Shown here one piece after another: positions 63,570 to 64,000 of a stretch of DNA of 64,000 nucleotides; position 1 is the first letter of the stretch; each line of letters opens with the position of its first letter. A program made the translations under genes and the position numbers. Origin of the DNA: Flavobacteriaceae bacterium. Lineage in GTDB: Bacteria; Bacteroidota; Bacteroidia; Flavobacteriales; Flavobacteriaceae. Location of the stretch: positions 7,038 through 71,037 of the forward strand of contig JAURRA010000003.1 of NCBI GenBank assembly GCA_030835825.1. Reading direction: 5' to 3'. Under the pieces are notes generated by a model. The model ran no database searches. It had not been told where the DNA came from and was given only the letters and a program-made list of their open reading frames with translations.

Positions 63570-64000
63570 ATGAAAGCACACAGTAGAGAAACACAAGCAA
63601 CAATGACTCCTCAAAAATCTCTTGACTATTTGAAAGCGGGTAATGTTAGATTTCAAAACAACCTAAAAGCCAATAGAAATTTATTGGAACAGGTCAATGA
63701 TACTAGTGATGGTCAATTTCCATTTGCTACAATTTTGAGCTGTATCGATTCAAGGGTTTCAGCCGAACTGGTATTTGACCAAGGTTTAGGTGACATTTTC
63801 AGTATTCGCATTGCTGGTAATTTTATAAACTCAGATATTTTGGGAAGTATGGAATTTGCTTGTAAGCTAGCTGGCACCAAACTCATTGTTGTACTAGGGC
63901 ATACAGCTTGTGGTGCAGTCAAAGGAGCATGTGACGATGCCAAACTAGGTAATTTAACCGGAATGTTGGATAAAATCAAACCAGCAGTTGAGGCCATCAA
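63570..64000 (+). CDS. Beta-class carbonic anhydrase, N-terminal ~143 codons; continues beyond the window
   Basis: My own translation: MKAHSRETQATMTPQKSLDYLKAGNVRFQNN...ATILSCIDSRVSAELVFDQGLGDIFSIRIAGN...VVLGHTACGAVKGAC. It shows the CxDxR and HxxC zinc-ligand motifs. Confidence 0.88.
   Translation, partial: MKAHSRETQATMTPQKSLDYLKAGNVRFQNNLKANRNLLEQVNDTSDGQFPFATILSCIDSRVSAELVFDQGLGDIFSIRIAGNFINSDILGSMEFACKLAGTKLIVVLGHTACGAVKGACDDAKLGNLTGMLDKIKPAVEAI

Overview
This window is about 64 kb of densely packed core chromosome: roughly 62 CDS, short gaps and many 1-14 nt gene overlaps. The source is a low-GC Bacteroidota, most likely of Flavobacteriia type. Supporting synteny and signals: parA-parB-DUF5683-dapB-lepB-WbqC; mutL followed by two rhomboid genes; DUF4835(PorD-like)-coaBC-rpoZ-bamD-dapA; an FKBP lipoprotein of GldI type; a CarboxypepD_reg TonB-dependent receptor paired with DUF4249; and recurring TAnnTTTG -7 promoter boxes. 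Housekeeping content includes dnaA, recF, recN, mutL, ligA, ribD/ribH, dapA/B/F, methylmalonyl-CoA mutase, monomeric isocitrate dehydrogenase, trmD-rplS, ndk, udk, murQ, and partial trxB and beta-carbonic anhydrase genes at the two edges. I saw no rRNA, tRNA, CRISPR array, transposase, integrase, phage block or recognisable defence system, and no obviously disrupted gene. I therefore do not claim a convincing undescribed multi-gene system here. The most system-like, accessory-looking module is at 1.3-6.4 kb: a CI/XRE-HTH + S24 peptidase repressor (non-canonical LexA type) divergent from a translationally coupled dnaE2-like / catalytically intact Y-family polymerase pair. Secondary observations: a perfect 12-bp palindrome on the recN -7 box; a T16 homopolymer in the dnaA upstream region, which lacks visible DnaA boxes; a cyclophilin-FKBP fusion within a three-PPIase-domain cluster; a TetR / SulP / beta-carbonic anhydrase unit with a 13-bp palindrome; and an icd-TonB receptor-DUF4249 string with 4-nt spacing. 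All product calls come from reading the supplied translations for family motifs. No database search, HMM or GC-skew computation was possible.
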